In this document: piece by piece, positions 9,685 through 19,845 of the stretch
How positions within the stretch are numbered: position 1 is the stretch's first letter
Layout: each line of letters opens with the position of its first letter
NCBI GenBank assembly: GCA_037442365.1
Contig: JBBIQK010000003.1
Location: forward strand, 40,526-104,525
Direction of reading: 5' to 3'
From: Armatimonadota bacterium
GTDB taxonomy: Bacteria > Armatimonadota > Fimbriimonadia > Fimbriimonadales > GBS-DC
Length of the DNA stretch: 64,000 nt
Position numbers and translations under genes: made by a program
The notes under the pieces: model-generated
Databases searched by the model: none
Seen by the model: only the letters and a program-made list of their open reading frames with translations
Told to the model about the DNA's origin: nothing

Positions 9685-11277
9685 ATGGAAATTATCTACT
9701 GGGTTTTAACGGTCGTTCTCGCGCTGGTCGCCGCAAGCGCAGGGTACTTTCTTGCGACGCGACGCGCCCAGCAATCACTTACAACACAATCCAGTGCGGC
9801 AAATGCGGAGGCGCAGCGTGCGCTGGAGGCGGCGCGCCGCGAAACCGAGCAGCTCCTCCAGCAACGGACGCAACTGGAACGCGAATGCGAGACTCTGCGC
9901 CGTGAGGCGAGTCTGCAGGCGCGCGAAGAGGCGCACAAAATCCTCGAACTCGCCGAACAAGAAGCCCGCGAAAAACGCGCCGAAATCCTCAAACTCGAAC
10001 AACGCCTGCTCCAGCGTGAGGAACTGCTCGAACACCGATTCGAGCTACTGGAACAGAAGGAGCATACGCTGATGGAGCGCGAGGCGCTACTCACCAAAAA
10101 GCAGGGCGAACTGCGCGAGCTGATGCATCAGCGACGATTCGAACTGGAGCGCATCAGCGGTATGAGCGCGGAACAGGCGCGCGAAATCCTGCTCAAGGAG
10201 GTGCGCGACGAACTCGAACACGAAGCGGCGATTCTGGCGCGCCAGATTGAAGAAGACGCCCGACGCGACGCCGAACGACGCGCCCGCGAGGTGATTCTGG
10301 ACACCGTACAGCGATGCGTGGTCGAGCATGTCTCGCAGAACACTATCACGGTCATCCACCTGCCCAGCGAGGACATCAAGGGGCGTATCATCGGGCGCGA
10401 GGGACGCAACATCCGCCATTTCGAACACATTACGGGCGTCGATGTGATTATCGACGACACGCCCGAAGCGGTGGTGCTGTCGTCGTTTGAACCCATCCGT
10501 CGCGAGATTGCCCGCATCACGCTGCTGAACCTGATTCACGACGGGCGCATTCACCCGACGCGCATCGAGGAGGAGTACGAACGCGCCAAAGGCGAGGTGG
10601 AGCGGCGCATCTGGCAGACGGGCGGAGAGGCGGTGCTTCAGGTCGGGCTGACGGGCGTCCATCCCGAAATCGTGCGCACGCTCGGCAAGCTCCGCTACCG
10701 CACCAGCTACGCCCAGAATGTGCTGGATCACTCCATCGAGGTGGCGACCTTAGCTGGGCTGCTGGCGTCGGAGCTGAAGCTGGACACGCGGGTGGTCAAA
10801 CGCGCCGCACTGTTCCACGACATCGGCAAGGCGCTGGAGAACACCACCGAAGGACCGCACGCGGTTGTCGGGATGGAGTTCCTGCGCCGATGCGGGGAGA
10901 GCGAGATTGTGTGCCACGCAGTCGGCGCCCACCACCACGACATTATGCCCGCCAGTCTTGAGGCGCATGTGGTGATTATCGCCGATTCTATCTCGGCGGC
11001 GCGCCCGGGCGCACGGCGCGAGTCGCTTCAGCAGTACCTGCGTCGTCTGCAGGAGCTGGAGCGTATCGCCATGAGCTTCGACGGCGTGGAGAAGGTGTAC
11101 GCCATTCAGGCGGGGCGCGAAGTGCGCGTACTGGTCAAGCCGAACGAGGTGGACGACCTGCGCGCACACCAGCTCGCCCGCGAAATCGCGCACAAAATCC
11201 AGTCCGAGCTGGAGTACCCGGGGCAGGTCAAGGTCACGGTGATCCGCGAGGTGCGCGCCCACCATGTGGCGCATTGA
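9685..11277 (+). CDS. rny: Ribonuclease Y
   Basis: TM plus coiled coil, KH motif KGRIIGREGRNIR, HD motif FHDIGK. Confidence 0.97.
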   Translation: MEIIYWVLTVVLALVAASAGYFLATRRAQQSLTTQSSAANAEAQRALEAARRETEQLLQQRTQLERECETLRREASLQAREEAHKILELAEQEAREKRAEILKLEQRLLQREELLEHRFELLEQKEHTLMEREALLTKKQGELRELMHQRRFELERISGMSAEQAREILLKEVRDELEHEAAILARQIEEDARRDAERRAREVILDTVQRCVVEHVSQNTITVIHLPSEDIKGRIIGREGRNIRHFEHITGVDVIIDDTPEAVVLSSFEPIRREIARITLLNLIHDGRIHPTRIEEEYERAKGEVERRIWQTGGEAVLQVGLTGVHPEIVRTLGKLRYRTSYAQNVLDHSIEVATLAGLLASELKLDTRVVKRAALFHDIGKALENTTEGPHAVVGMEFLRRCGESEIVCHAVGAHHHDIMPASLEAHVVIIADSISAARPGARRESLQQYLRRLQELERIAMSFDGVEKVYAIQAGREVRVLVKPNEVDDLRAHQLAREIAHKIQSELEYPGQVKVTVIREVRAHHVAH

Positions 11278-11304
11278 CGGTCAAGTGTGGCTGGCGGAGC
11301 GTCT

Positions 11305-12468
11305 TCATAGAGGCTCCGCGCCTTCACTCAGGATCTTGAGGTACTCGTCATACGCGAAGACTCGGTCGCGCTTGCGCCCCGTAATCTCGCGCGCAATCCC
11401 AAGCGAAACCAGGGTCTTCATACCTTTCGCCACTGTAGGGAAGGTGATCCCCGTCTGCTGCGACACTCCGCTTAGAGTCAGCAACGGGCGCTGACAGAGA
11501 CAGTGGAACACCCGGAGCGCCGTGCTTGCCGACCGCCCTGCGTGTTGAAGCTTCTGGGCATCTGTGGTGAACAGGGCAACGAGCCGCTGGGCGGTTTCCA
11601 CAGCGTTTTGCGCCGTTAAGACGACGCCCTCAAGGAAGAAATCGAGCCAGGCTTCCCAGTCGCCCTCCAGGCGCACCAGATTCAGCAGCCGATAATACTC
11701 CTGCCGGTACCGCTTGAAGTAGAGACTGAGATACAGCAACGGGCGCTGCAGCACCCCTTCGTGATGCAAAACGAACGCTATCAACAGTCTCCCAATTCGT
11801 CCGTTTCCGTCCAGAAAGGGGTGAATGGTCTCAAACTGCACATGCGCCAGCGCCGCGCGCACAAGAGCAGGGTATGGAATCTGCGGGTCGTGCAGGAATT
11901 GCTCCAGTTCCGCCATGCATCGGTTGACCTCTTCGGGCGGCGGCTGGACAAAGTACGCGTTGCCCGGTCGCGTGCCGCCAATCCAATTCTGGGAGCGTCG
12001 AAACTCACCCGGTTGCTTCTCACTGCCTCGCCCGCGCGAAAGCAAAATCGCATGCATCTCGCGAATCAGGCGATTGCTCAGCGGGAACCCCTCACTGAGC
12101 CGTGCCAGACCGTGATTCAGCGCCGCGACATAGTTGGAAACCTCAATCACATCTTCTACAGGGGCGCCAGGCGCTTCATCCACCTCGAATAGCAGCAGGT
12201 CAGAGAGCGAGGATTGCGTGCCCTCGATTTGGGACGAAAGCACCGCCTCACGCCGCACATAGGCGTACAGAAAAATGTCGGGGTCAGGCAGCAGAAGCGC
12301 GACGCTGTCGAGCCTTCCCAGCGCGAGCGTCGCCCGCTCCAGCAAGCGCATGCGCTCGCCCGTAAGCTCCAGCGGCGGCTCTGGAGGCAGCGGGTGAGGC
12401 ACAAAGGCGCGTACCTCCTCGCCACCGACACGCGTCGTGTGATAGTACCCGGTCAGCCCGCGTTTCAT
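11305..12468 (-). CDS. Fic family protein with C-terminal wHTH
   Basis: HPFLDGNGRIGR catalytic motif; SSQIEG inhibitory motif. Confidence 0.95.
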   Translation of the reverse strand: MKRGLTGYYHTTRVGGEEVRAFVPHPLPPEPPLELTGERMRLLERATLALGRLDSVALLLPDPDIFLYAYVRREAVLSSQIEGTQSSLSDLLLFEVDEAPGAPVEDVIEVSNYVAALNHGLARLSEGFPLSNRLIREMHAILLSRGRGSEKQPGEFRRSQNWIGGTRPGNAYFVQPPPEEVNRCMAELEQFLHDPQIPYPALVRAALAHVQFETIHPFLDGNGRIGRLLIAFVLHHEGVLQRPLLYLSLYFKRYRQEYYRLLNLVRLEGDWEAWLDFFLEGVVLTAQNAVETAQRLVALFTTDAQKLQHAGRSASTALRVFHCLCQRPLLTLSGVSQQTGITFPTVAKGMKTLVSLGIAREITGRKRDRVFAYDEYLKILSEGAEPL

Positions 12469-12481
12469 CGTCAGATTCCGC

Positions 12482-12542
12482 TATTAAACGATCGTTGAAT
12501 AACGCGCCCGCTTATTAAACGATCAGGGCGCATCGTTTAATA
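12482..12542. promoter_or_regulatory. Operator-like inverted repeats upstream of fic
   Basis: Four TATTAAACGA(T) half-sites arranged as two inverted pairs. Confidence 0.6.
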
Positions 12543-12548
12543 TACCTG

Positions 12549-12578
12549 AGGCGCGGCGTAAACCCATACGCCGCGCCT
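12549..12578 (-). terminator. Hairpin after redoxin/monooxygenase gene
   Basis: AGGCGCGGCGTA / TACGCCGCGCCT. Confidence 0.7.
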
Positions 12579-12582
12579 GCGC

Positions 12583-14376
12583 TCATAAGCTCGCGGGGAT
12601 CAGGTACGAACTCCTCGCTCTGGGATCGTGGATTGCCAGGAAGATGTAGAACATCTCATCGTAGGTGCCCTCGCCGTAGCGTACCTCGCGCGGCGGGTTG
12701 CTGGGGTTGTTCGGGTTGTCCGACGAGTTGTCATACCAGCCGACGCACTCCACCACCGTGCCGGGCGGCAGCTCGATGGGCTTCTCATAGAAGTACGCCT
12801 GCTGCCAGTTGAAGTCGTAGTCTTTGATTTGCAGCAGCGGGATGGTGCGCCCGTCGGGTGTTTTGGCAATCACTTCCGTGCCGCGCGCAATCAGGTGCAT
12901 GTGCGCCATGATGCTCAGCGCGTACACAGGTCGGTCGCTCGGCGTCGTCCATCGGGCATAGACGCGGTAGTTCTTCTCGCCTGCGGGGATAGTGATTCGC
13001 GTGTTGCCAATCACCGCGAGTTGCACAGGCTTGACCTGCTCCGTGCGGTCGGCGAGGTACAGCCCGATGCGCGTGCGGTCGGTCTCGCGTTTGCCGCGCT
13101 TGAAGTAATGCACCTGCATTACGAGGTCGAATTTGCGCGGCAGGACGACTGCGACTCCGTCTTCCAGTCGGATGGGGCGCATGCCGGGCACCCATCCGCC
13201 GAGCATCATCGCGGGCACGAAGCCCGTGCCGCCGAAGTTGGCGTAGCCCGGTTTGGGGTCGGCGGCGTCCAGCTGGCGCGCCCGCCCCGAAGTGTCCACA
13301 AACATATTCGCGTGATGCACCACCTCGCGGTTGCCCGGCTGGATGTCGATGCCCACAATCACTTTGTTTTCGGGCAGCTCGACGGGGATGACAAAGTAGC
13401 GGTACTCGTCGCCGCCCACGCCGTCCAGCTCATAGGGTTCGGGCATCTCCACCACGAGGTCAGGTTCGCCATAGAACCAGCCCTTGCTGAAGGTTGGCGG
13501 CTTGGGCGCTTTGCTCAAATCGCCCGCGGGCGCGCCCGAATCGACCCAGCGGGCAATCAGCGCAATCTCCTCGTCGGTCAGGTAAAACTCGTTTTTGAAC
13601 TTCGCGAAGCCCGGCGTCGGCTTCCACGGGGGCATCAGCCGCTTCTCGGTGTAATACTTAATCTCCTTTGCCCAGCGTCGCGCGTCGTTATAGGTCTGCA
13701 GCGGGAACGGACCGATGTCGCCCGGATGATGGCAGCTGGTGCATTTCGCGTACAGGATGGGCGCGATGTGTTCCGCGAAGGTGACGGGCGCCTTTTCCAG
13801 CGCCTCCTCCGATTCGGGCAGGGTCAGGAAGCACCCGACGACCTGCGTGCGGGCGCGTGCGACCTGCTTACCCGCCAGCACCGCGTTCAGCGCGTCGCGC
13901 AGGTACTGATGCTGGGCGACCTCGCGCTTGGTCACACTGTCAATCGCGCCGCTGTAGACCACCTCGCCCCGGCGGTTCAGCACGAACGCCTGGGGCACAT
14001 GCGTCGCGCCCACCGCACGCGCAATCGACGCCGCCCCCTGACGCACGACAGGGAACTGGAAGCCCAGCTGCCGCGCATGGGCGCGAACGCCCTCCAGTGT
14101 TTCGTCCGCTTCGGGGTAGACGCCGTAGAACGCCACGCCGCGCATGCGATAGGTCGCATACAGCGCGTTCAGGCGGGGCGCGTAGCGCGGCACCGCCGGG
14201 CAGCGAGTCGACAGCGTGATGAACACTACCGCCTTCGAATCGCGCAGGTCGCTCAGCCGCACCGTCGCGCCGTCAAGCGTCCGCCACTGCAGCGGGGTCG
14301 GCGCAATCTCATGCTGCCAGCCCGCCCACAGCACCAGTCCACTCAAACCTAAAGTCGTTATGCTCCATCGCATCAT
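12583..14376 (-). CDS. Redoxin + CxxCH + copper type II monooxygenase-like fusion protein
   Basis: Signal peptide; STRCP thioredoxin-like region; CTSCH; VVHH, AHMH and DEM copper-ligand motifs. Confidence 0.85.
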   Translation of the reverse strand: MMRWSITTLGLSGLVLWAGWQHEIAPTPLQWRTLDGATVRLSDLRDSKAVVFITLSTRCPAVPRYAPRLNALYATYRMRGVAFYGVYPEADETLEGVRAHARQLGFQFPVVRQGAASIARAVGATHVPQAFVLNRRGEVVYSGAIDSVTKREVAQHQYLRDALNAVLAGKQVARARTQVVGCFLTLPESEEALEKAPVTFAEHIAPILYAKCTSCHHPGDIGPFPLQTYNDARRWAKEIKYYTEKRLMPPWKPTPGFAKFKNEFYLTDEEIALIARWVDSGAPAGDLSKAPKPPTFSKGWFYGEPDLVVEMPEPYELDGVGGDEYRYFVIPVELPENKVIVGIDIQPGNREVVHHANMFVDTSGRARQLDAADPKPGYANFGGTGFVPAMMLGGWVPGMRPIRLEDGVAVVLPRKFDLVMQVHYFKRGKRETDRTRIGLYLADRTEQVKPVQLAVIGNTRITIPAGEKNYRVYARWTTPSDRPVYALSIMAHMHLIARGTEVIAKTPDGRTIPLLQIKDYDFNWQQAYFYEKPIELPPGTVVECVGWYDNSSDNPNNPSNPPREVRYGEGTYDEMFYIFLAIHDPRARSSYLIPASL

Positions 14377-14494
14377 CGCTCTCACCTGTGATAACCATAC
14401 CCGATTTGTCAAGAGATTCCTGCGAAGTTTTTGCGAACACGGCTCTCTGGGGTATCCTCTCGATAGTTGTGGGCGAAGTTGAGGGAAAAACGCC

Positions 14495-15637
14495 ATGCCG
14501 AAACGCCACCCGCTCTCGCCGATACTGTTTCTGGTGCGCAATCCGGGGCGCAGCCTACCCCTGACGCTGGTGCTGGCGCTGGCGGTGCTGACCATTGCCA
14601 GCGTGGTCGCGCTGCTCAACTCCATCGACCGCACGATTCTGAAGATTTATGACTACAACCGCTACTTTGCCGCCATCACGCCGCGTGGCTCTAATCGCCT
14701 CAAGCCTGAACTGGCAGCGCGCATCGAACGCGCGCCCTACTACGCCGCCTCCTATGAGACGGTCGTGTGCTTTATGAACGCGGAGACTATCGTGGGCAAG
14801 ATGCCGTTCGTGATATTCGGGCTGGCGCAGGAACAGATGGCGCCGCTGGCGGCGCGCTGCAGGCTCTCGCTCCGCGAGGGGCGATACCCCCTGCCCGGCG
14901 AGGCGGGCGTCGCGCTCTCGGAGCCGCTGATGCGCAACAAGAACCTCAAACTCGGCGATGTGGTGCTGTCGCCGCTAATCCCCGACCAGTACGCGCCTGT
15001 GCCCGTGCGCGTGGTGGGCGTGCTGCACGGCGACACATGGCTGGCGATTGGCTCGCTGGAGTTCATTCGCGACAACTTTTTCCCGCCGACGCGCAACCTG
15101 CTGATTTTCGCAACCCAGCCGCGCTATCAGCCCCGCCTCGATGCGTGGCTTCGCGACGCGCTCAAGGGCGAGCAGGCGCGCGTGTGGACCTACGCCGAAC
15201 TGCAGGAAGAGACGCACCGCGCCTTCCGCAATCTCTACTTCATCACGGGCATCGTGGTCACGGTGGTCGCCGTGATGCTGGCGACGATGACGGGACTGCT
15301 GGCGAATATCTACTTCCAGCAGCGGCTGGTGGAGTTCGGGCTGCTGCAGGCGATTGGCTTCACACGGCGCGGGTTGCTGATGCGCGTGTCGCTGGAGACC
15401 ATCACCGTCGTCGCGCTGGGGTGGGCGCTGGGCGTATTGTGCGCGATGGGCATCCTGCTTTGGGCGAAGGTGCACATTATGGAGCCGCGCGGGCTGTATA
15501 TCGAGCCGTTTGACCCGATTGCGTATCAATACACGCTGCCCGTGCCGTTGATGGTGCTGGCGTTCGCGCTGTTCACGATTGGCTGGCGTTTGCGCACTTT
15601 CGATCCTGTCGCGATTGTGGAACGGCGGATTGTATGA
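14495..15637 (+). CDS. FtsX/MacB-like ABC transporter permease
   Basis: N-terminal TM, large extracytoplasmic domain, R--EFGLLQAIG, three C-terminal TMs. Confidence 0.88.
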   Translation: MPKRHPLSPILFLVRNPGRSLPLTLVLALAVLTIASVVALLNSIDRTILKIYDYNRYFAAITPRGSNRLKPELAARIERAPYYAASYETVVCFMNAETIVGKMPFVIFGLAQEQMAPLAARCRLSLREGRYPLPGEAGVALSEPLMRNKNLKLGDVVLSPLIPDQYAPVPVRVVGVLHGDTWLAIGSLEFIRDNFFPPTRNLLIFATQPRYQPRLDAWLRDALKGEQARVWTYAELQEETHRAFRNLYFITGIVVTVVAVMLATMTGLLANIYFQQRLVEFGLLQAIGFTRRGLLMRVSLETITVVALGWALGVLCAMGILLWAKVHIMEPRGLYIEPFDPIAYQYTLPVPLMVLAFALFTIGWRLRTFDPVAIVERRIV

Positions 15638-15739
15638 ATCGGCGCGTATCTGACTGTGGCGGCATGGCGCGAACGATCCCTGAGGCGACGAAGCGTGCGT
15701 CGAGGGCAAGCGCCGGGCGCGCTGCTGCATAAAAATGAA

Positions 15740-15768
15740 CCCCCCTCCCGAAGCTTCGAGAGAGGGGA
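15740..15768. terminator. Probable terminator hairpin between convergent genes
   Basis: CCCCTCCCGAAG / CTTCGAGAGAGGGG imperfect stem. Confidence 0.45.
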
Positions 15769-15792
15769 ACAAGGGAATGAGAGTCGGTCCGC

Positions 15793-16431
15793 TTACTTCT
15801 TGCGGCGGCGCAGCCCCAGCAGCCCTGCCAGACCCGCGCCCAGCGCGACCATGCTCGCAGGCTCCGGCACTGCCAGCACCTCAATCGCGAAGTTCGCGAC
15901 AGGGTTGCCGCCGAAGGAGAAGTACTCGTTGGCATCGATGATGCCGCTGCTGTTCTGATCAAAGGCGAACAGATCCTGGCTGGAGCCAACGGTCGGGTTC
16001 GGGTTGGGCGAGAGAACCATACCCGCCTGCGCTGCGTTCGCCGACAGACCAATCCACAGAGTCTGCAGCCCGCCGCCGATATTCGGCGTGCCGAACTGGA
16101 GCTGGAACAGGCCGCTCGGGATGTTCTGAATGGTCGATGTGAAGAGCAGGTTGCCTACCGCGCCGCCTGCGCCCGTCGCGTCGTACACATACAGCGTCGC
16201 ATCAACATTGAACTGGTTGGCGTTGAAAAACGCGATGTTAATCTGCTTGATGAGTGCGCCAGCAGGATTCGCGCGGGTCACATCGTCCAGGACTTGCAGG
16301 TTCACGCCGACAGGAACATAGAACTGGTACCCGCCGCCAGGATCGTTATCGAAGTCGACGATGTTCGCCTGCGCCTGCAGCGTCAGCGCGCTCAGCACGC
16401 CCAGAAGAGCCATCACTCGTTTCATCAGCAT
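15793..16431 (-). CDS. PEP-CTERM sorting domain protein
   Basis: Signal peptide; VPEPASMVALGAGLAGLLGLRRRKK; AGGAGG RBS. Confidence 0.95.
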   Translation of the reverse strand: MLMKRVMALLGVLSALTLQAQANIVDFDNDPGGGYQFYVPVGVNLQVLDDVTRANPAGALIKQINIAFFNANQFNVDATLYVYDATGAGGAVGNLLFTSTIQNIPSGLFQLQFGTPNIGGGLQTLWIGLSANAAQAGMVLSPNPNPTVGSSQDLFAFDQNSSGIIDANEYFSFGGNPVANFAIEVLAVPEPASMVALGAGLAGLLGLRRRKK

Positions 16432-16681
16432 AGACCTCCTATGATTGGTTTTGCGAAGCCTCAAGCGGCTTCATACAATTAGACTCGAAAGTCGCCCAAA
16501 AGCGGACAAGGGCACGAGAGAATGCTTCAGGCTCCTTTCGCTCCTATTATAACACGGAAATTGTTGCACTAACGCCAGTAAAAATGCGAGTTTTGGGGGT
16601 GGATTGGGTGCTTCTGGGGGGTATACGAACGCTACCGCACAAACAACGCCTCCGTGAGCGGCGTCAGACAGAAACGCCCCG

Positions 16682-17665
16682 CTACGCGCTCAGTGCGAAC
16701 TCCCGAATGGATAGCAGCACTTCGGGGCTGATGTCGGTCGGCACGGAGCAGCCGGGCGCGAGGATGAACCCCTGCCTGCCAACGCTATCCCGCGCGTCCT
16801 GCGCCTGCTGGAACACTCGCTCGCGGCACATCGTGGGCAGCTCGCGCTCGTTCAGCCCGCCCATCACGCAGCGGTCGAACAGCCGCTTACCCTCCGCGAG
16901 GCTCAGCGTCGTGCTGCGGTCGCTCCAGCAGACTATCGCCGCGGGCGCGTCCACCAGCAAATCCGCGTACAGTTCGCCGTAGCCGTGCAGGTGCAGCACA
17001 TTGTAGCGCCCCTCAGCGATCGACTCCAGCAGCGCGTGGTCGAGCGGCGCGAAGTGTTCCGTGTAAACCGCGCGCGGGGCGGCGTCTGCGCCCACACCGT
17101 TCACTGCGTAGTAAATCCCGTCGCACACGGTCAGCGCGTACCGCGCGTACAGCTGCAGGTTCGCCTGAATCGTGCGCACGCCCGCCATCACCGCGTCGGG
17201 CGCGAGCGCGAGATGCTCCAGCAGCTTGCCCTCGCAGAGCTTGTTCGCGTAGTAGAAAGCGTTGAACACGGTCTCGATAATCGGCGTGTCGTGGGGAACC
17301 ATCGCTCGCAGGCGGCGCAGCATCTCAATCTGTGCGCCGAAGTGTCCCCTATCGGGCGGCAGGGGGGTGAGTTTCGCCCAGTCGTCGGCATGGCGCACGC
17401 AAGGCAACCCGTCGGGCGTCTCGTAGGGGATGTCGTGCATCACCTTCAGCAGGTCGGGCTGGTAGCGTCGCCAGAACTCGTAGGTCGCGTGGCTCATGCC
17501 CTCGATATAGTGCTGCAGCACGGCTTCGCTGACGGGCGCGCGGTACTCGGCGTGCAACGCCTGCGGGAACCACGCTTCCGTGCGGAAGTGGTACCAGAAG
17601 CAGTAGGGCAGCCGATCCACTGCGCCGCCGACGATTGCCTGCTCGATGCGCTCACGCGAGGTCAT
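16682..17665 (-). CDS. Uroporphyrinogen decarboxylase (URO-D/MtaA) family protein
   Basis: MTSRERI...DRLP..FWYHF; LHLHG; FILAPGC. Confidence 0.85.
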   Translation of the reverse strand: MTSRERIEQAIVGGAVDRLPYCFWYHFRTEAWFPQALHAEYRAPVSEAVLQHYIEGMSHATYEFWRRYQPDLLKVMHDIPYETPDGLPCVRHADDWAKLTPLPPDRGHFGAQIEMLRRLRAMVPHDTPIIETVFNAFYYANKLCEGKLLEHLALAPDAVMAGVRTIQANLQLYARYALTVCDGIYYAVNGVGADAAPRAVYTEHFAPLDHALLESIAEGRYNVLHLHGYGELYADLLVDAPAAIVCWSDRSTTLSLAEGKRLFDRCVMGGLNERELPTMCRERVFQQAQDARDSVGRQGFILAPGCSVPTDISPEVLLSIREFALSA

Positions 17666-17698
17666 AGCGAAGGTATTGTACCACAGCGGCGAGGGCGT

Positions 17699-19096
17699 TC
17701 ACGAAGACGCCCCGCGCGCCTCCCGAAGGTACGCCTCCGCCAGACGCAGGGCATGCTCGGCGTCGTCGGGCTGGAGCGCGCCCTCGATTACCTGCTCTTC
17801 CAGATGGCGCTTGATCTGCCCCACCAGCGGGCTGGGTTTCAGCCCGAAGTGGCGCATGATTTGCTCGCCTGTGAGGGGACTGCGCCAGCGTGTGGGCGAT
17901 TGCGCCGCCTGTACCTGCGCGATACGCGTGCGCAATGCGGCGATGTCGGCATGCACCACATCGTGTCGCTGCGCTCCGATGTCCGCCTCCACCAGGCGCA
18001 GCAGCGGCTCCAGCAGCTCGCCCGCGTCGCGGATGAGACGCCGCACTGCCGCGTCGCTCCACTGGGGCGTGTAAAAGCCCGGACGCATGTGCATGCGCAC
18101 CAGTTTGCGGACGCGCTCGAGGGTCGCCGTCGGGTAGCGCAGGGCGCGCAGCCAGTTGCGGGCTATCTCCGCGCCCACGCGGTCATGTTCGTAAAAATGC
18201 ACCGCGCCGTCGGCGTCCACCGTGCGCGTGGCGGGCTTACCGACATCGTGCAAAAGCGCCGCGAGCCGCAGCTCCCACGCGGGCATCGCCAGCCCTGTCG
18301 GGTCGACGCCCTCCACCGTCTTCAGGCTGTGCCCCCACACATCGTAAAGGTGATAGTCGTTCTGCGTGCAGCCGACCATCGGCAGGAGCGGCTCGGCGAA
18401 CTGCGCCAGTAGCCCCATCTCCAGCAACATCTGCAGTCCTGCCGCTGCTGCAGGGGAGTCCATCAGGCGCGTGAACTCGGTCTGGATGCGCTCGATGCTC
18501 ACGATGCGGAGTCGTTCAGCTTGCTCGCGGATGGCGTCTGCGGCAACAGGCTCCAGCGTGAAGCCGAGTTGCACGGCGAATCGCACGGCGCGCAGCATCC
18601 GCAGCGGGTCTTCGTAGAAGGTCTCGCGCGGGTCGCGCGGGGTGCGCAGGCGTTTCGCCTGCAGGTCCTGCAGCCCGACGCCCAGCGGGTCGACAATCTC
18701 GCCTGTGTGCAGGTTCTCCAGCAGGGTGTTGACCGTGAAGTCGCGGCGCAGGGCGTCTTCGTAGAGGGTGGCAGGCTGTACCTGCGCGGGTTTGCGGCTG
18801 GTATCGTGATACGACTCTGCGCGGGCGGTCACCAGCTCTACCGCGAGGTCGTCGACATGCACCATCGTCGTGCCGAAGCGGGGGAAGGTCACGGGCGGAT
18901 GGCTGGCGACGCCCCGCTCATATAAAAACTGCGCGAGCGCCAGCGCGTCGCCTTCCAGCACGAGGTCTACATCGCTGGGCAGGGGGCGTCCCAGCAACTT
19001 ATCGCGCACATACCCCCCCACGAGGTAGACTTTGCCTTCGTAGGGGGTGTCGGCTAATCCATCGCGCAATCGCTGCAGGGCGCGCTCGAGATTCAC
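17699..19096 (-). CDS. CCA tRNA nucleotidyltransferase / poly(A) polymerase family with HD domain
   Basis: VGGYVRD, DVD, RRDFTVN, EDPLRMLRA, LLHDVGK. Confidence 0.93.
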   Translation of the reverse strand: MNLERALQRLRDGLADTPYEGKVYLVGGYVRDKLLGRPLPSDVDLVLEGDALALAQFLYERGVASHPPVTFPRFGTTMVHVDDLAVELVTARAESYHDTSRKPAQVQPATLYEDALRRDFTVNTLLENLHTGEIVDPLGVGLQDLQAKRLRTPRDPRETFYEDPLRMLRAVRFAVQLGFTLEPVAADAIREQAERLRIVSIERIQTEFTRLMDSPAAAAGLQMLLEMGLLAQFAEPLLPMVGCTQNDYHLYDVWGHSLKTVEGVDPTGLAMPAWELRLAALLHDVGKPATRTVDADGAVHFYEHDRVGAEIARNWLRALRYPTATLERVRKLVRMHMRPGFYTPQWSDAAVRRLIRDAGELLEPLLRLVEADIGAQRHDVVHADIAALRTRIAQVQAAQSPTRWRSPLTGEQIMRHFGLKPSPLVGQIKRHLEEQVIEGALQPDDAEHALRLAEAYLREARGASS

Positions 19097-19845
19097 AGCC
19101 GCTTCAGGTAGGGTTCCAGCTGGTCTGGCGGGAGCAGGCGGAATCGGTTCTCGCGCAGGGTCTGGCGTTCCAGGATGCCGACCTCCACCTGCGCCTCGCC
19201 GAGCATCTCACGCAGGCGATTGCGCGCGGCGTCTTCCGAGACGGCGTCGACATCCTCCTGCTGGGCGGCTTCGTAGGCGATGCCCCACGCGGTGAGTGCA
19301 ATCGGCAGGGCAGTCTCCAGTGTTGGGGGGCGCGTGAGCTGCGCCTCCAGGTAGCGCGTCGTTTGCTCTTCGGCATGCGGCGCGCCGCCAATCACGGCAA
19401 ATCGCTCGTAAGGCAAAAACTCGCCGTCGTAGTTGAGCGTGTAGAACTGATCGCGTTCGGGCGCGTCGTGCAGCTCGGCGAACAGCGCGCGCGCCACAAA
19501 CGGGGTCGTGAGCGGGTCGCCGAACGCCTTTTTGAGCGCGGGCGAGAGCGCAAACCCCACCACGCGCTGGATGGTCACATCGTCGGGGCTGCGCACGAAG
19601 CCCTCCTGATGCGCGAAATCGATCGCCGCCAGACGCAGGTTCTCCACATCCGCCTGATTGCCAATCGCGGAGAACATCAGGCGGTCATAGATTTCGTACA
19701 CCTTGCGCCCACGCCGCTTGAGCGCAAGCAGCAGCACGCCGTTATCGTAGCTGATTCCTATCACGGGGCTGCCCGCGCGCAGGCGATTGCGGATATACTG
19801 CGCCCGCTGCTGCAGATTCTCCTGAAAGTCGTAAGGGGTCAGCAT
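19093..19845 (-). CDS. prcA: Proteasome alpha subunit
   Basis: KVYEIYDR, follows beta subunit. Confidence 0.92.
   Translation of the reverse strand: MLTPYDFQENLQQRAQYIRNRLRAGSPVIGISYDNGVLLLALKRRGRKVYEIYDRLMFSAIGNQADVENLRLAAIDFAHQEGFVRSPDDVTIQRVVGFALSPALKKAFGDPLTTPFVARALFAELHDAPERDQFYTLNYDGEFLPYERFAVIGGAPHAEEQTTRYLEAQLTRPPTLETALPIALTAWGIAYEAAQQEDVDAVSEDAARNRLREMLGEAQVEVGILERQTLRENRFRLLPPDQLEPYLKRL

Noticed and set aside
12628-14352. Long antisense ORFs (also 16985-18412, 34291-35595, 42323-43792, 45428-46996)
   Set aside because: Shadow frames of well-supported genes in high-GC DNA; no motifs
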